A stretch of 62,792 nt of DNA, filler included, from Asterionella formosa (lineage: Eukaryota), in the NCBI GenBank assembly GCA_002256025.1. It is 13 parts of 13 records of this genome, joined end to end, with 100 filler letters (N's around TTAATTAATTAA, not from the genome) between each part and the next. Parts side by side here need not be neighbours in the genome. Positions count along the whole stretch, not along the records: positions 1 to 23,051 come from NKIB01002545.1; 12 more parts are not named here. One strand, given 5' to 3'. The notes beneath the pieces are model-generated. The model was not told the origin of the DNA. It saw only the letters and a list, made by a program, of their open reading frames with translations, and did not search any database. Positions within the stretch are counted from its first letter, which is position 1, and every line of letters starts with the position of its first letter. Of the stretch, positions 1 through 12,165 are shown one piece after another. The translations under genes and the position numbers were made by a program.

Positions 1-997
1 CACACATGTCGATGATTGTGCAATTGCTGGAAAGCCAAATGATATTAAATGGTTCAAAAATGAAATCAAGAAACACTTCACAATTAAGGAGCTTGGCCCT
101 TTGAAGAAGCATTTGGGAGTGTGGTACGATTGGGGCCAAGATAAAGTGGGACGCTACTTGGAGTCGAGCATGGAGGATTTTGTGCATGTTATGCTCCAAG
201 ATTATCATGATATTTTTGGAAAGTATCCAAGAGATGCATCAACCCCAGCATTTCCAGGAATTGTTCTCAGAATGAATCCAGACAAAGTGATTCTCCATAA
301 AGAATATCGTTCAATGGTTGGAAAATTGTTGTATTTTGTGAAGAAAGTTGGACCAATATGCGCGAATGCATGTCGTGAACTTTCTCAACATTTAGAGAAT
401 CCAGGTGATGCCCATTGGAGTGCTGTTGAACGTTTGTTAGGTTTCATTGCAACTGATGAAAGGAACAGAAAATTAAAAATGAGACCACCACATGAATTAC
501 GAGTTCAAGACGTGGTAGACAGCTCATTTGGGGACAATCCAGATACAAGGAAATCGACAAGTGCATATTTGGGTACGATTGGTGGTGCATCGCTAGTGAA
601 TTGGATTTCGAAAGGACAGAAGATTGTTACTGTTTCCAGCACTGAAGCAGAGTATGTGGCTCTATCAGATGGATCAAAGGAAACTACGTTTATAATGAAT
701 CTACTCAATGAAGTTGAATACGTGGAAATGCCCAGTATCATTGCAGAAGACAATACAGGTGCGATTTTTCTATCAAAGAATCAGCAGGTTGGTTCACGAA
801 CTAAGCACATTGATGTAAGATATCATTTCATACGAGAAAAGGTGAAGGCTGGGGATATTAGAGTTGACTATGTGAATACTTTAAAGAATCCTGCAGACCT
901 ACTTTCAAAGAATGTCACTCAGAAAATTCATGACACTCATGCAACCCACATTATGAATGGGACCATGGATTGTTGGTTTCGAGATCAGGGAGGGTGA
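1..997 (+). mobile_element. Ty1/copia pol 3' end (RT C-terminus + RNase H), 5'-truncated by contig start
   Basis: HVDDC at the start of the frame; YRSMVGKLLYF, DSSFGDNPDTRKSTS, SSTEAEY, EDNTGAI, RTKHIDVRYHFIRE, NPADLLSK; ORF ends in polypurine tract AGGGAGGG (987-994). Confidence 0.95.
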
Positions 998-1536
998 TAA
1001 AATATATGGAATCCAACGAATCGAGAATCAATATTCTTAGTAGTGATTAGAAACCAAGACCCAAAACATCTCGACATTTATTGACAAATGACTGGAGATG
1101 TTTACTTATTGACAAATGACTGGAGATGTTACTTATTGACAAGTGAATCAGATGCTCACTTATTGTCAAAAGAATAAGTGCTGCTCACTTATTGTCAAAT
1201 GAATATGCTTACTTATTGTCAAAGTAAGCAAGATCATTTTGACGGGATCAAGGAAAGTGTGAGAAGTCTTGTTCGGGATTACATGAGTAATCAGGCAAGA
1301 ACAAGACTAGATAGACTATTAACAGAAAGCTCACAATATTACAAAGTGTAAAGTGAAAATACGTTTTCAGCTTTAGAGATCTTAAAAGTAAGATCTGTGA
1401 TATTTCAACTAGACAATTTAACAGCATATATCTGGATGCAATTTTTGGGGCCACCAGGTAGATGCTGTAGGCCTTAGCATAAACTCTAAAACTATGGTAT
1501 ATAATATTTTGCGCCTGGATTGGCATGTTATAATCA
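995..1536 (+). repeat. Putative 3' LTR of the copia element, with internal ~20-28 bp tandem repeats (ACTTATTG(A/T)CAA...) at ~1075-1225
   Basis: Begins TGATAA directly after the PPT; the right end (TAATCA, 1536) is an estimate. Confidence 0.6.
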
Positions 1537-3302
1537 CATCCACCATGTTGTTATTATTCTGTTGCTTTACTACTCAACAATAGAACATCCTCCCGTGCCG
1601 CTTCAAATAGCTTTCTTTCCTCATCCATGAGTAGCGCTACTATTAAACACCGGAAGCGCACCTGACAAAACAATTTGCTTTATATATGAACTATTTTTTG
1701 TGGGGCACGGAGATCCACGCCTACATGACCAATGGCTCACACTCTTGAGCTTGATAGTGGGCAAAGCTGGAGTTGAAACTGTACAGGAATGTCTCAAATA
1801 GTTGCAATGAAGATACAACAACAATTTCACACCCATCGCTGCGCAATGGACTTCGATTTCATGTTTGTCATGAATGAATACTACGACGACAACAACGAGA
1901 TCGCAGATGCATGTGTACATAAATTTTATACTATTTAAATAGAACATTTTACTTTAGCTAAAATTTTGTTGTACTGGTAGCCAGAATTATTTTGTACCAG
2001 TAGCTACGATGGCTACCCAATTAGTTTCATGATGCATCCAGCCATACCTTATTCCTGTTCATATAATAATACAAAACCGATAAATGTGTATATAAATATG
2101 TATTTAGATGTATTCACATCTACTGCTAGATTTTGTGTTTGAACAACTTCATATTTCATATCACGGATCAGAATGAGGGCGAGGTCTTGCTACCCAGCCC
2201 CACCCTGGTATCGAGTATCAGTTACTCAGAGTACCAGGCTGGTACCAGCAAGTTGCGGTAATTTTGCTACTTCTAGTTCCACGTATGTCTTCGTACTGGC
2301 AATACTGATTCCAATTTCTTCTTGATACCTGTTTGATAGTCCAACCTGGCTGGCTTATTGTTCCAATTGCTCCAATGAATATTTATGTTTAATCTGATTT
2401 AGCCTAAATTATTGAGACTAAACTGTTTTGCTTATTCTGCCATTTGTTTCTGTTGGTTTTGCTTAATGTACAAGGACCATTTTGCTGAAAGTGTGTTTGC
2501 TTAAAGTAGCAAATTTATTTATTGTGTGACATCATCATTTCAATGCAGCTGCCACGACAAACACCTTCAACCTACGTAATACACTGTAGATAATGATAGT
2601 GAATACCGGTAAAACTTTGTAAGGTAAAGATTTGCTCATAGTCATTCTGATTCCGATATTTTGGAGACTGTAAAAAAGACCGACCTTGTCGAATTTTTTG
2701 ACAACGATAGCTCAAAAATTTCATTGCATGCTTAACCTTCAAATAACATCAGTAAATCTTGTGGCAACAAAGTGCACAAAGGAAGAACTTTAAATAGACA
2801 GATTCTCCCCGAGTTTTCTAGTCTTTTTAAGCATTGTAAAACAACCGAAGTTCCTTTCTGCACTTTCTCGCCAGATCCTATATCCTGACAATAAATAGAA
2901 TGGACCTACACCCTTACTGTATCTGAAGACTGTATGAAAGCACATGGAAAGGGTGCCTAATCATGAAAGCTCCGTTGAGCGTTTTACATAGTATTGGGTG
3001 CGCTCTGATAATAAAAAATTATTATATCATGTGTATTATAACACAAATCGTTGTGTACCCATAACCCCAAAATTTGGTCAACACAAACACAAATTTTCTA
3101 CAGGGATAAATAACAGTGCATTATATAAAAATATGTTTAGGCATGAATGACTATATAGAATTTCCCGGAATATTTCAAGACTTGCTTGCTCGTCATACTC
3201 AAAATGGCTTGCTCTTGCCAAAATAGGTATGCATATTGCATATCGTTACATATCAATCAACCTCCTCAATACATCGATCGTCATCGCTTGTAGATTTCGA
3301 CC

Positions 3303-3880
3303 ATGTCTTCATCTTCTTCTGGTCAAAGGAGAGCAGCCAGGGAGGGCTTCTCTTCCTCTCCAAGGCTGCTTGAATGTCGCCGTCACCAACAAGAACAACA
3401 ACAGACTCAACCAGAAGAAGAGGAGGAGGAGGACGACGACCACGACGACGAGAATGAAGATGACACTGGTGCTGATGAGTTTGCCAGCAATGATGAGGAC
3501 AGTAGGATGGGTGTCCCAGGTGTTTCTCAGACTGGTGTTTCTGGGGTTACTCAGTCCCCATCAAGGAACAACAACTTTATTTCACGTGCTCCTACTAGTT
3601 CAGTTACAAGAACGGCAACTGCCAGGCGACCACCAACATTACCAAGGGCTCGCCGAAGCATGCAGATTCAGGGTCAACAGTTCAGGATCAATGAGATTCT
3701 CTCATTGCTGGACGCCATTTCTACTCACCTGCCAATTGGGTCCCATGAATGGAAGTTGTTGCTTCACAGCACAACGAGAATTTCCCAGACAAAGAACGGA
3801 CAGGACCTTCACTTCGCCGAAAGTTTACACAGCTGCACAAAGTTAAGAAACCAACTGGGGAACCAAGATGCCCTGCTGAG
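3303..3880 (+). pseudogene. Harbinger accessory ORF: acidic low-complexity N-terminus + Myb/SANT-like (DUF6818-like) domain, frameshifted near 3750
   Basis: FRINEILSLLDAISTHLPIGSHEW continues in another frame as EVVASQHNENFPDKERTGPSLRRKFTQLHKVKKPTGEPRCPAEV. Confidence 0.7.
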
Positions 3881-3959
3881 GTATCATACATGAACCATGA
3901 GTCCTGGTCCATGCTTACCCAAGCGCTAGACATCTGATGGAACAGAGGTATCTTTGCCA

Positions 3960-4330
3960 ACCTTTCTTGGTTGTTGAAATTCTACCAATGAAATCCGTAT
4001 TTTTCCTACAGGGAGTAATGGAATAAAAACATGGTTTGAACAGCTGGTGTAGGAGGTCGAAAGAAGCATGGTCAAACCCACACAAGGTAATCAGAGCATC
4101 ATCATGCTAGGCTGTTGAACAAAGTCCAGAATGGACTTGATAATGGATGCTGTAGTTGCAACAGATTTTGCCACTTCTTCTTCTGACCTCATCAACAGTC
4201 AAACTTTCCCTGAACAATGGCGTCTTATTTACTGGTGGATAGCACATTGCCAACAGTAGCAATGTGATCATAATGTCATCATCATCATCAGGAGATGGGA
4301 TGAAAGTGGACATGGTCAGTGACCGACGAT
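3960..4330 (-). pseudogene. N-terminal remnant of a Harbinger-like transposase
   Basis: Minus-strand pieces RESLTVDEVRRRSGKI, SPFWTLFNS and DDALITLCGFDHASFDLLHQLF resemble the N-terminus of stramenopile DDE_Tnp_4 transposases; catalytic core absent. Confidence 0.55.
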
Positions 4331-4630
4331 GATGAATAGATAGAACTCCTGCATATAATGAACAAGAGGCGGCATAGCATACTAAAAGAGGATGCATCAA
4401 TATGAAAATTTAACTGTTGAAAATTAAAGTTAAAAATATATATAATGTCAGAGAAGTAATCTAAAAAATCTCTATTATCAGAGCACAAGGACGATATCAT
4501 GTAGCAGATCACCAGAATAATTTGTGTTATAATACACACATGATGTAATAATTTTTATTATCAGAGCGCGCCCATTTAGTTTATATGTGAAAAGTACATG
4601 TTTGATTAGTCTGACTCAATCTTTTTTTTT

Positions 4631-4738
4631 TAACCCTACTTCAAACTAGGGGTTGAAAGAATACAGGAACCTTAAAAAGTAGAAGAGTCCATTTGCTTAA
4701 GGATGCTGCATTTGAACCCCTAGCTTGAGGTAGGGTTA
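4631..4738. mobile_element. ~108 bp MITE / hairpin element
   Basis: TAACCCTACTTCAAACTAGGGGTT ... AACCCCTAGCTTGAGGTAGGGTTA inverted arms; TA at both ends. Confidence 0.75.
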
Positions 4739-5187
4739 CAAATTTTTAATGAACTTTCTTTTAGTTGTACATAATGTGTGGATTGAGGTACATCATTAAA
4801 TTATTTTGGAAAAAAAAGACCTTGCAATTTGTAACTGTAAGGCCGCAACCTTAAGCCAGAGAAAATGGTATCACTCAAAATGGCGCAGGAGAAATTTTAA
4901 GAATTGACACAATTGTTCTCACCCAAAGGGAGTACCTGGTACTGGTATCAGTAATCATGCAATTATCATTGCGACTGTACAAACATTTGTACTCCCTCTG
5001 TTCTGGTATAGTTGCACACCACTCAGCAACTAACCCAGCTCAATTCACATCCTTCAAAGATGCCCTCCGTAGAACAAGCAATATGAAAGGTATGTTGGTT
5101 AGATTTGTATATTTAGGCAAGCATAAGACTAAATCGTGATACATGTGCATCGTTTAGGGTTATTGATTTTTGTAGGCCAGCGTACAG

Positions 5188-5285
5188 ACCTGCAAGTTGC
5201 GGTAATTTTGCTGAAACTAAAGATTTAGCTATCTTTATCCTATATTAAAATGTTTGTTTAAGCAAAATGACCACAACTTGCTGTA
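5188..5285 (+). mobile_element. ~100 bp MITE family A copy
   Basis: TIRs GCAAGTTGCGGTAATTTTGCT / AGCAAAATGACCACAACTTGC; homologous full copies at 42184-42283 and 48512-48611; single ends at 2243-2268 and ~11973-12003. Confidence 0.85.
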
Positions 5286-6301
5286 TTCATGTGTGTAATA
5301 TCGGCTATTGCTACCAAAGAGATACAGTCAAGTAAATGTACGAGTATGATGGGTTTCCGTACAAAAAATATATCGTTCTATGGACGTTGAATAATATAGC
5401 TACCACTTTGTGCACGCCCCGATTTATGACAAGCTGGTCATGCATGTCGACAGTCGTAACAGCCTCCCTATTGAGGTTGTGAAACAAGCAATCGACGACG
5501 TATTGTCATTGTTCTGATGTTGAATGCTTCTTCGTCTGCCTATTGACTAATAACAAAGGGTCAACGAAAGAGGGGGGTCCAGAATAAACATTCTGATCGG
5601 GGAGCGATTCTACGAAAAATGCGTCAATAAACAAACGAAGTCGGGTTCACCTAATAGTAGACTATTTAGAACATAAATTATATAAATGTTTGGAACAATT
5701 TTTAAAGAGGCTACTAAACAGAGAATTATTGGAGGTTGCGCTTCATGTCCGGCAGTGACCTAAAGATTGGGTGCAACTATACCGGAACAGTGGGAGTACG
5801 TATTTTGTAACATTGCTGACGTTGTTCTTCACCAAAGAACACTGAATGTACATTTCGGGTCCCACGTAGTACCTGGTACGACCAGGTTTTTTTTCTGGCA
5901 CGGTACGGTACTGCACCTGTATGTCTAGCTGAATCATGCACCATACGCACAATGCATAATCTTTTGTTATGTGTACATATATATACACGAATAATGTATA
6001 AAAATGAACATACCTGCATATTGGGGTAAGCTATGTACGTATAACGTAATATGCAGTTTTCAGGGTCATCACAGTAGAGTATCAACTCTTCGCGATATTT
6101 TGTTCACGCAGACGTGGAAAAACGTACTCATCAGTAAATCAGGAATGGACCACCACTTCATCTTGCCGACTCATCAAATACCATATACCATAAAAGCCAT
6201 CAGGGATTTCCTTTTTGCCATGACAACTCCTGTGCATGTGGACTCAAGAGATCGACATTTTCATTATAAATTATAGAATCATCTCTGCAGTTCAGCCAGA
6301 C

Positions 6302-7648
6302 ATGATGAGGACCTCATTAGCGTTGTTGTTGATCATGGCTGTGTCCTGCCAGGCCTTCGCGCCAAGCTTTATTGCGTCAGGGGGCCAAACAAAGCTGTTC
6401 TCAACGTTTGAGAACAAAGAAGATCCATTTATGGCGTCACTCAAGGCTCGCCAATCCGAACTTTACAGCAAAAAACAAAAGTTAGAAGAGCACTGGTTGA
6501 AGGCAAAGTGTAGATCTTCAGTGCCAATCGCTCTCGACGGTGATTGGGTAAGGCGACTGGATGTGGATTACCCCTTGGTGGCCTGCGGGACATCATCTAG
6601 TAATGTTGTGGTTCACAATGTTGAGAATGGCGAATTTCTAGCCGCAACAGAGGGGCAAGAGGAAGAATATGCATTGGATAGCTTTGGCCAGTTTTCCAGT
6701 ATGCTCTACTCCGGCTTTGATGGAGGAGGAACCATTGCTATTGCTATGCATCGAGATCTTATATGTTCATCCGCTCGACATGGCTCTGTTCAGGTCTGGA
6801 GAATGGATGAGAATAACCCCACACTTGTCTCTCAAGGCAGTATGGAGTCACAGCGAGGCATGTTTGTTACATGTCTGAAAATGGATGCAGAGTACCTTTG
6901 GGTTGGTAGGGCCGATGGAAAGCTTCAGGCCTTTCCACATTCCAACAAGGCTGGCCTGCCACTTGCATTACAGATCGAACCTGAATTGGAATGGCAGTTT
7001 CCTACCACCATCTTATCTATGACGCTGTCTCCAGATATCGGTCATGGCGTTGTAACACTTGCCAATGGATCCATCAAACTATTTTCGATGGATGACGACG
7101 ACGATACCATACACTCGTGGTCACCTCCCTTGGAACAAGAAATCACTCAAAACTATCTCATTAGCTGTGCCATTGTACAACTCAAGGATGATTCAGGTTA
7201 TACAATTGCATGTGGAGCGACTGATGGGTCGTTGTTCCTTCAGCCCATTCAGTATCTAAATGGCGTGTTGGGTGAGTATCCCTTTCAAACCCCCGGAACG
7301 GAAATGAAACCCAAACACTATGGTCCTCTCAAGTGTTTGGCCAGTCCAGGACCAGGCCTTCTTGTTTCAGGAGGACAGGATGGTAGCATACGAATGTGGA
7401 GTTTGCCTCAGGAAAGTCCTCGCTTTCTCTATCAGGTACGACGATGAATTGAATCACGAGGTTGAAAACGGTTATATCCCGATTCCGAGACTAACTTTAT
7501 TTTCGTTGTTTCTTATTTTCAGTTCATTGGGTACAAGGTTTGGATGGGAAGCCTTTGGACTGACGGTAAGCGCATCATCTCTGATGGTAGTGACAACACA
7601 ATTATTGTTCATGATTTCGAAAAGGGTGAGGATGATAAGATTCTTTAG
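6302..7648 (+). CDS. WD40-repeat protein with bipartite plastid presequence; exons 6302-7435 and 7523-7648
   Basis: Signal peptide ending VSCQA-FAP; WD motifs (ICSSARHGSVQVW, LVSGGQDGSIRMW); phase-0 GT-AG intron restores FIGYKVWMGSLWTDGKRIISDGSDNTIIVHDF. Confidence 0.88.
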
Positions 7649-10564
7649 GTTCGAAGGACGATTGTCTTCCCATTCCACCATCGAAATTACCGACCAAACT
7701 GGACAGATAATGTGGAGGGATCTCCATCCTTCATGCCATTTTCTTAAAACGAAATCCCAAGTAGTACTCAAAGACATATGTAGCAACATTGGGTTTTTTC
7801 GAGCGGTTTGTTGACAAGTTGAAGACTAACCAAATTACCGGAACAATTGTCAACTCTGCACTATACATGCTCCTGATTCATTTTCGTATTAGCTGCACTG
7901 ATAAGAATGAAATACAAATAAAATTGATGTATGTAACTTAACTACTTTACATTAACTTGAATGTTTCCGTACAACACGATGATCGAACGAGACACCACTG
8001 CATAAAAATCAAAACCGTTCCTGGTTCCCTGTGACAGGCACTGCCATCGTTTAAAGCAACAACCTATCTCATCAATGTCATTTGTCGACTGGTAGTTCTG
8101 AACAATTGGTGACTTGGATCATGCAAAACGAGGTCCCATTGAGCCAAAAATGAATTGTTCATCAGTGTATTCATGCCGTAGTGATGCTTTAGTTCGTACA
8201 AGCGTCCAGCCTTTTGAAACCACTCGAGACGAAAATGTCCAAACCACCTTTCTGGTGACATTAACCATGGCGCATGGATCAAGCGGAGTTTCCAAATCCT
8301 CCCAGCCAGATGTAAATTTCCCCAAACTCTATTGAAGGACACGGCAAGGAAGTGCAGACGGATGCTGATACAGCCATGTTTCCAAAAAGCTTAAATCTGG
8401 AATGCTGCCAATATTCGCCAATAGATGAAGACGTCGAATATCCCAGATCACAGCGATTTCAAAATTTCGGAGCTTTTCATCATTTATATATTCTTACGTA
8501 GAAACCTTCGTAGACTTAGTCTTCCCTCTGAGAATGACACGGTAAAGCTAGTTAGTACTTCGATCGATCTGCTACTATTGTATTGTTTCCTTACAAGAGT
8601 CATTATTGTAATGATAGTTTTGCTTATCCACGCTCCGAAAGGTGAGATAAATGGTCGATATAATTCAGACATAATATGTAGCATTACTAATCGATCGCAA
8701 ATCAGAACGTCGAAAATCTGACAACCATGTTCGCATACGGTACGTAAAATAAATGAAATACCGGTATGTGAACAATATAATTCAACATTTCAGGTCTCGT
8801 AAAAATAATACCGAGTTTACAGAGATAATATTATTACGTGTTCAAAGTAAGCGTTAAAGCATAGCTTAAACCATGCATGGTTGTTTTTTTGTACCACGTA
8901 CGTATGTATACAAGATTACTGCCGGTACCGGTAGAATATCCGTTAAGCATCATTAGTACATACATGACCGGAGCAAAAACTTGCCACCAACATCAGATGT
9001 ATCAATATCATCGTTCGTCCGACGAAATATGGACGATGCAACTACATGAATGCCTCGAGAAGACAAGCAATTCAACAATCAACCGCATCCATTAGGCAAA
9101 GAATTGCTACTGGCGTCATCGCGGAACTGATTTCGCTTCAAACCGGTCATGATGGATGACTATTGGCATGGTGAAAGGTGAATTGCTGGAGTTCACTTTT
9201 CAGGAGACAAACAAAAACAAGGTGAATTCTAGATATAAATTATTAAAATCTGTATAGTATATAAAATGGTTTCCTTAAGTAGACCCCTTGCCGATTTCGG
9301 CAATCCCACCAGGGCTGGAAAACCGAGGGGCAATTGGTGTCTGTTGTCTTGCCAAAATGCGAACATATGAAATGTACCAAGTAAATTTTAATGATGGGCA
9401 ATATCGGACCTTTGGCAATTTTCGAGGTGAAGATAGGAAATATACAAAATACATTTTATATGATGGGCAATAGTAGGCTAAAATTGACATTTATGCTAAA
9501 TTTGTGGGCAGTAGGTAAGCGAATGACGCGGAAATAGCTAGAGCGGGAATTGCCTCAACAATACCCTTCTCGGCGGCTACTTGCCTTCTTGTAGGGGCGC
9601 CACTCGTATGGTCAACCTACTCGCGCCACCCAGCCTTGAACACATGTATACTCGCAGGCAAGAGACCACCTCAGGCGTGTATTTCCTTCAGCCAGCGACA
9701 TCCAAGAAGGGTCTGGGATCATTGGGGAGAAAAATTAGTAGGCTTCTCTGTGTTTGCCCCCGCCCATTTGGCATTCTACCATTGCTTCCTCTCAATCAAT
9801 AACAGTAAAATTGAAAACCGTAATTAGATGAAATGTGACTTCCGGTTTCTAATATTTTACATTGTTGCACTACTGAAACTTGAATCCATAAATGGGCATT
9901 CAACTTGTGCTTCTTGCATTTTTGCAGTATAGACTGGCTGGTGGGCGGGCGATAGGCCAAAGTGTCTGGCTTTTTGACTACAAAGTAGTGCTTTTGTCGA
10001 GGGTTGTGTCTAAATCCAACTGCTGCCATCCATTGAACCATTTCAGATACATCAAAGAATACGCTCCTGTCGTCAAAGGTAAGGAACTAGTATGATGAAA
10101 AAGGAAATCTAATGAGACATGAAAATTACGAAACCAGAATCATTCTGTTACTCTTCATAGACAGCACCAGTCTCTTGCTTCTTTGTGCGTATCGCCTGAT
10201 ATGCCGCGTTTCAATTCTAAATTTATTATGTTCTCGTTAGAGAGACGATGTAACATAGAAGTAGATTATGCTGTTCTATAATGGATGTTGTTTAGCTATG
10301 ATTGAGGTTGTAACACTGATCGATGCTCTGGTGGCTGACAGACCGGAAATATTCGTGTTGTGTGATGAGCCATTTGGTTTTCATTGGATTTCTTTTCAAG
10401 CTCTTAACGGATTGCATACGAACATACTGTGCACTGTAGATGATGATTAGTCGAAAACATTTGATGACTTGAACAACAAATGAAGATTTTATCACAAACA
10501 CTCGTTCCTCTCGACATGGCTGCTTTGTTGTTGTTGCAAGAATCAGAGTGAGGACTGGAGAGGA

Positions 10565-10802
10565 TGATGAGCCAAGCCACATTACTTTAGCTGGTACGAC
10601 ATTATCCTACCAAGAAATTTGAATAAAGGAACCTAAAAGAAACAATACATATAATAATTAAATTTCCATAGTCAAAAGGGTTACTATTTAAATTACGAGG
10701 GCATTCATAAAAATTATTAGATGATATAACGAAAAATTATGATCAGATGATCATAATCCTATGCTGAATCATAGGAATATGATGGTTTTTATTTGCAGAC
10801 GC
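10565..10802 (+). repeat. Dispersed repeat, inverted homologue of 51760-51995
   Basis: Near-identical stretch, e.g. TAGTCAAAAGGGTTACTATTTAAATTAC and ATTATTAGATGATATAACGAAAAATTATGATCAGATGATCA. Confidence 0.85.
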
Positions 10803-10962
10803 ACTCTGCAAATGCTGTTCTTTATCTACATACAATCAATCTGTTAAGCGAGTGTCTAGCCTGGAGTCATGGATCATCATAAGCACAACCAAAACGATGC
10901 CTTGTTTCCAAGAATCTTTTGTTCGTGATCTTACTCTGCGAATGTTGTTGACCAATTACAAG

Positions 10963-11262
10963 AAACACCAGTCAATTTTATGGGGGCTGCGCTGGCAATT
11001 GGGCAATATGGTAGGGAACACAACAAAAATCCGAAATCCTCTCACTCTGCAAATGTTGTTCTCTTTCTACAGGCAATCAATCTGAGCATCAAGCTAAGAT
11101 GAGCAGCTATCACAAACACCAGTCAATTTTATGGGGGCTGCGCTGGCAATTGGGCAATATGGTAGGGAACACAACACAAATCCGAAATCCCCTCACTCTG
11201 CAAATCTTGTTCTCTTTCTACAGACAATCAATCTGAGCATCAAGCTAAGATGAGAAGCTATC
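10963..11262 (+). repeat. Tandem duplication, ~151 bp x2
   Basis: AAACACCAGTCAATTTTATGGGGGCTGCGCTGGC...GCATCAAGCTAAGATGAG repeated at 10963 and 11114. Confidence 0.9.
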
Positions 11263-12165
11263 TAGTAGTAACGGGAATTCCTTCAAGTATGAGCAGCCAA
11301 ACTAGCTTGCAATTCTCTACAGCAACGTGCATTGCTTGTTCTTCTTGGTTTGATAATATCGTTCTATAGAAAGTATCAATGTAGACAATATAGTGAAGCG
11401 ATTATTTGATTGACTTAATTGTAGACGATTATTCTATTGATTTTGAACAAATTAAAAGTTGATTGGTTCTTACACATAATTATTTGTTTGACTAGCATAT
11501 ATATTTGTTTACCCTCCTTGAGGTATTAATGTGATCAAAGTAAAGATAAAATGGGAGCAAACAAATATAATTTATGCTAATCATAGTGAAGAATATTTGT
11601 GAACGGAAATGTTGACAATGTAGAGAAAATGAGATAGTAGCATATTATAGATATTACAACTAAACGAATTTTTCTTCGCATTGCTGGAAAATATTTTCAG
11701 TTGGTCCCAAAAATTATGTGGGTTTCTAAAGCAATTATGGAAGTTGTCAGATCTACCGTATTTTAATTCACTCCCATTATATATTTTTTTTATGTGATGT
11801 CATACCATTTAAAAAATTATTTACGTAGGCATCTGGTCTTCCCAAATAAATATTTTGGGTGATCATAGTTGACTGGCGTTTTTCTTATGGCAGCTGTACC
11901 AGTACCGGGTAATCGGCTTTGTAGATGAAGTCTTCGCTATTATTTATTCTATGTATACATATAAATTTTTTTATTTAAGCCAAATGACCGCAACGTGATG
12001 GTATGTAGCGTATGAAGAGACAGAGACTACCTCCCCCCCTGGTAGGAGTACGTAATACCCCTGGTGCTAGGATATCACATCTTGTATGAAGTACAAATGT
12101 ATTGTTAGACTATTCTATGAATATGTAAACTGATTCAACTTTTCTGCTGCCTGTCAAATAAGATA

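Larger units (their letters stand above)
2996..4573. mobile_element. Internally deleted PIF/Harbinger-type DNA transposon
   Basis: ~55 bp TIRs (GGGTGCGCTCTGATAATAAAAAATTATTATATCATGTGT / ACACATGATGTAATAATTTTTATTATCAGAGCGCGCCC); 3-bp direct repeat ATT at 2993-2995 and 4574-4576; two convergent ORF remnants inside. Confidence 0.85.

Noticed and set aside
8064..8430. Stop-codon reassignment suggested by in-frame stops in a long frame
   Set aside because: Intact genes in the window use TAA, TAG and TGA as normal stops; decay is the simpler explanation
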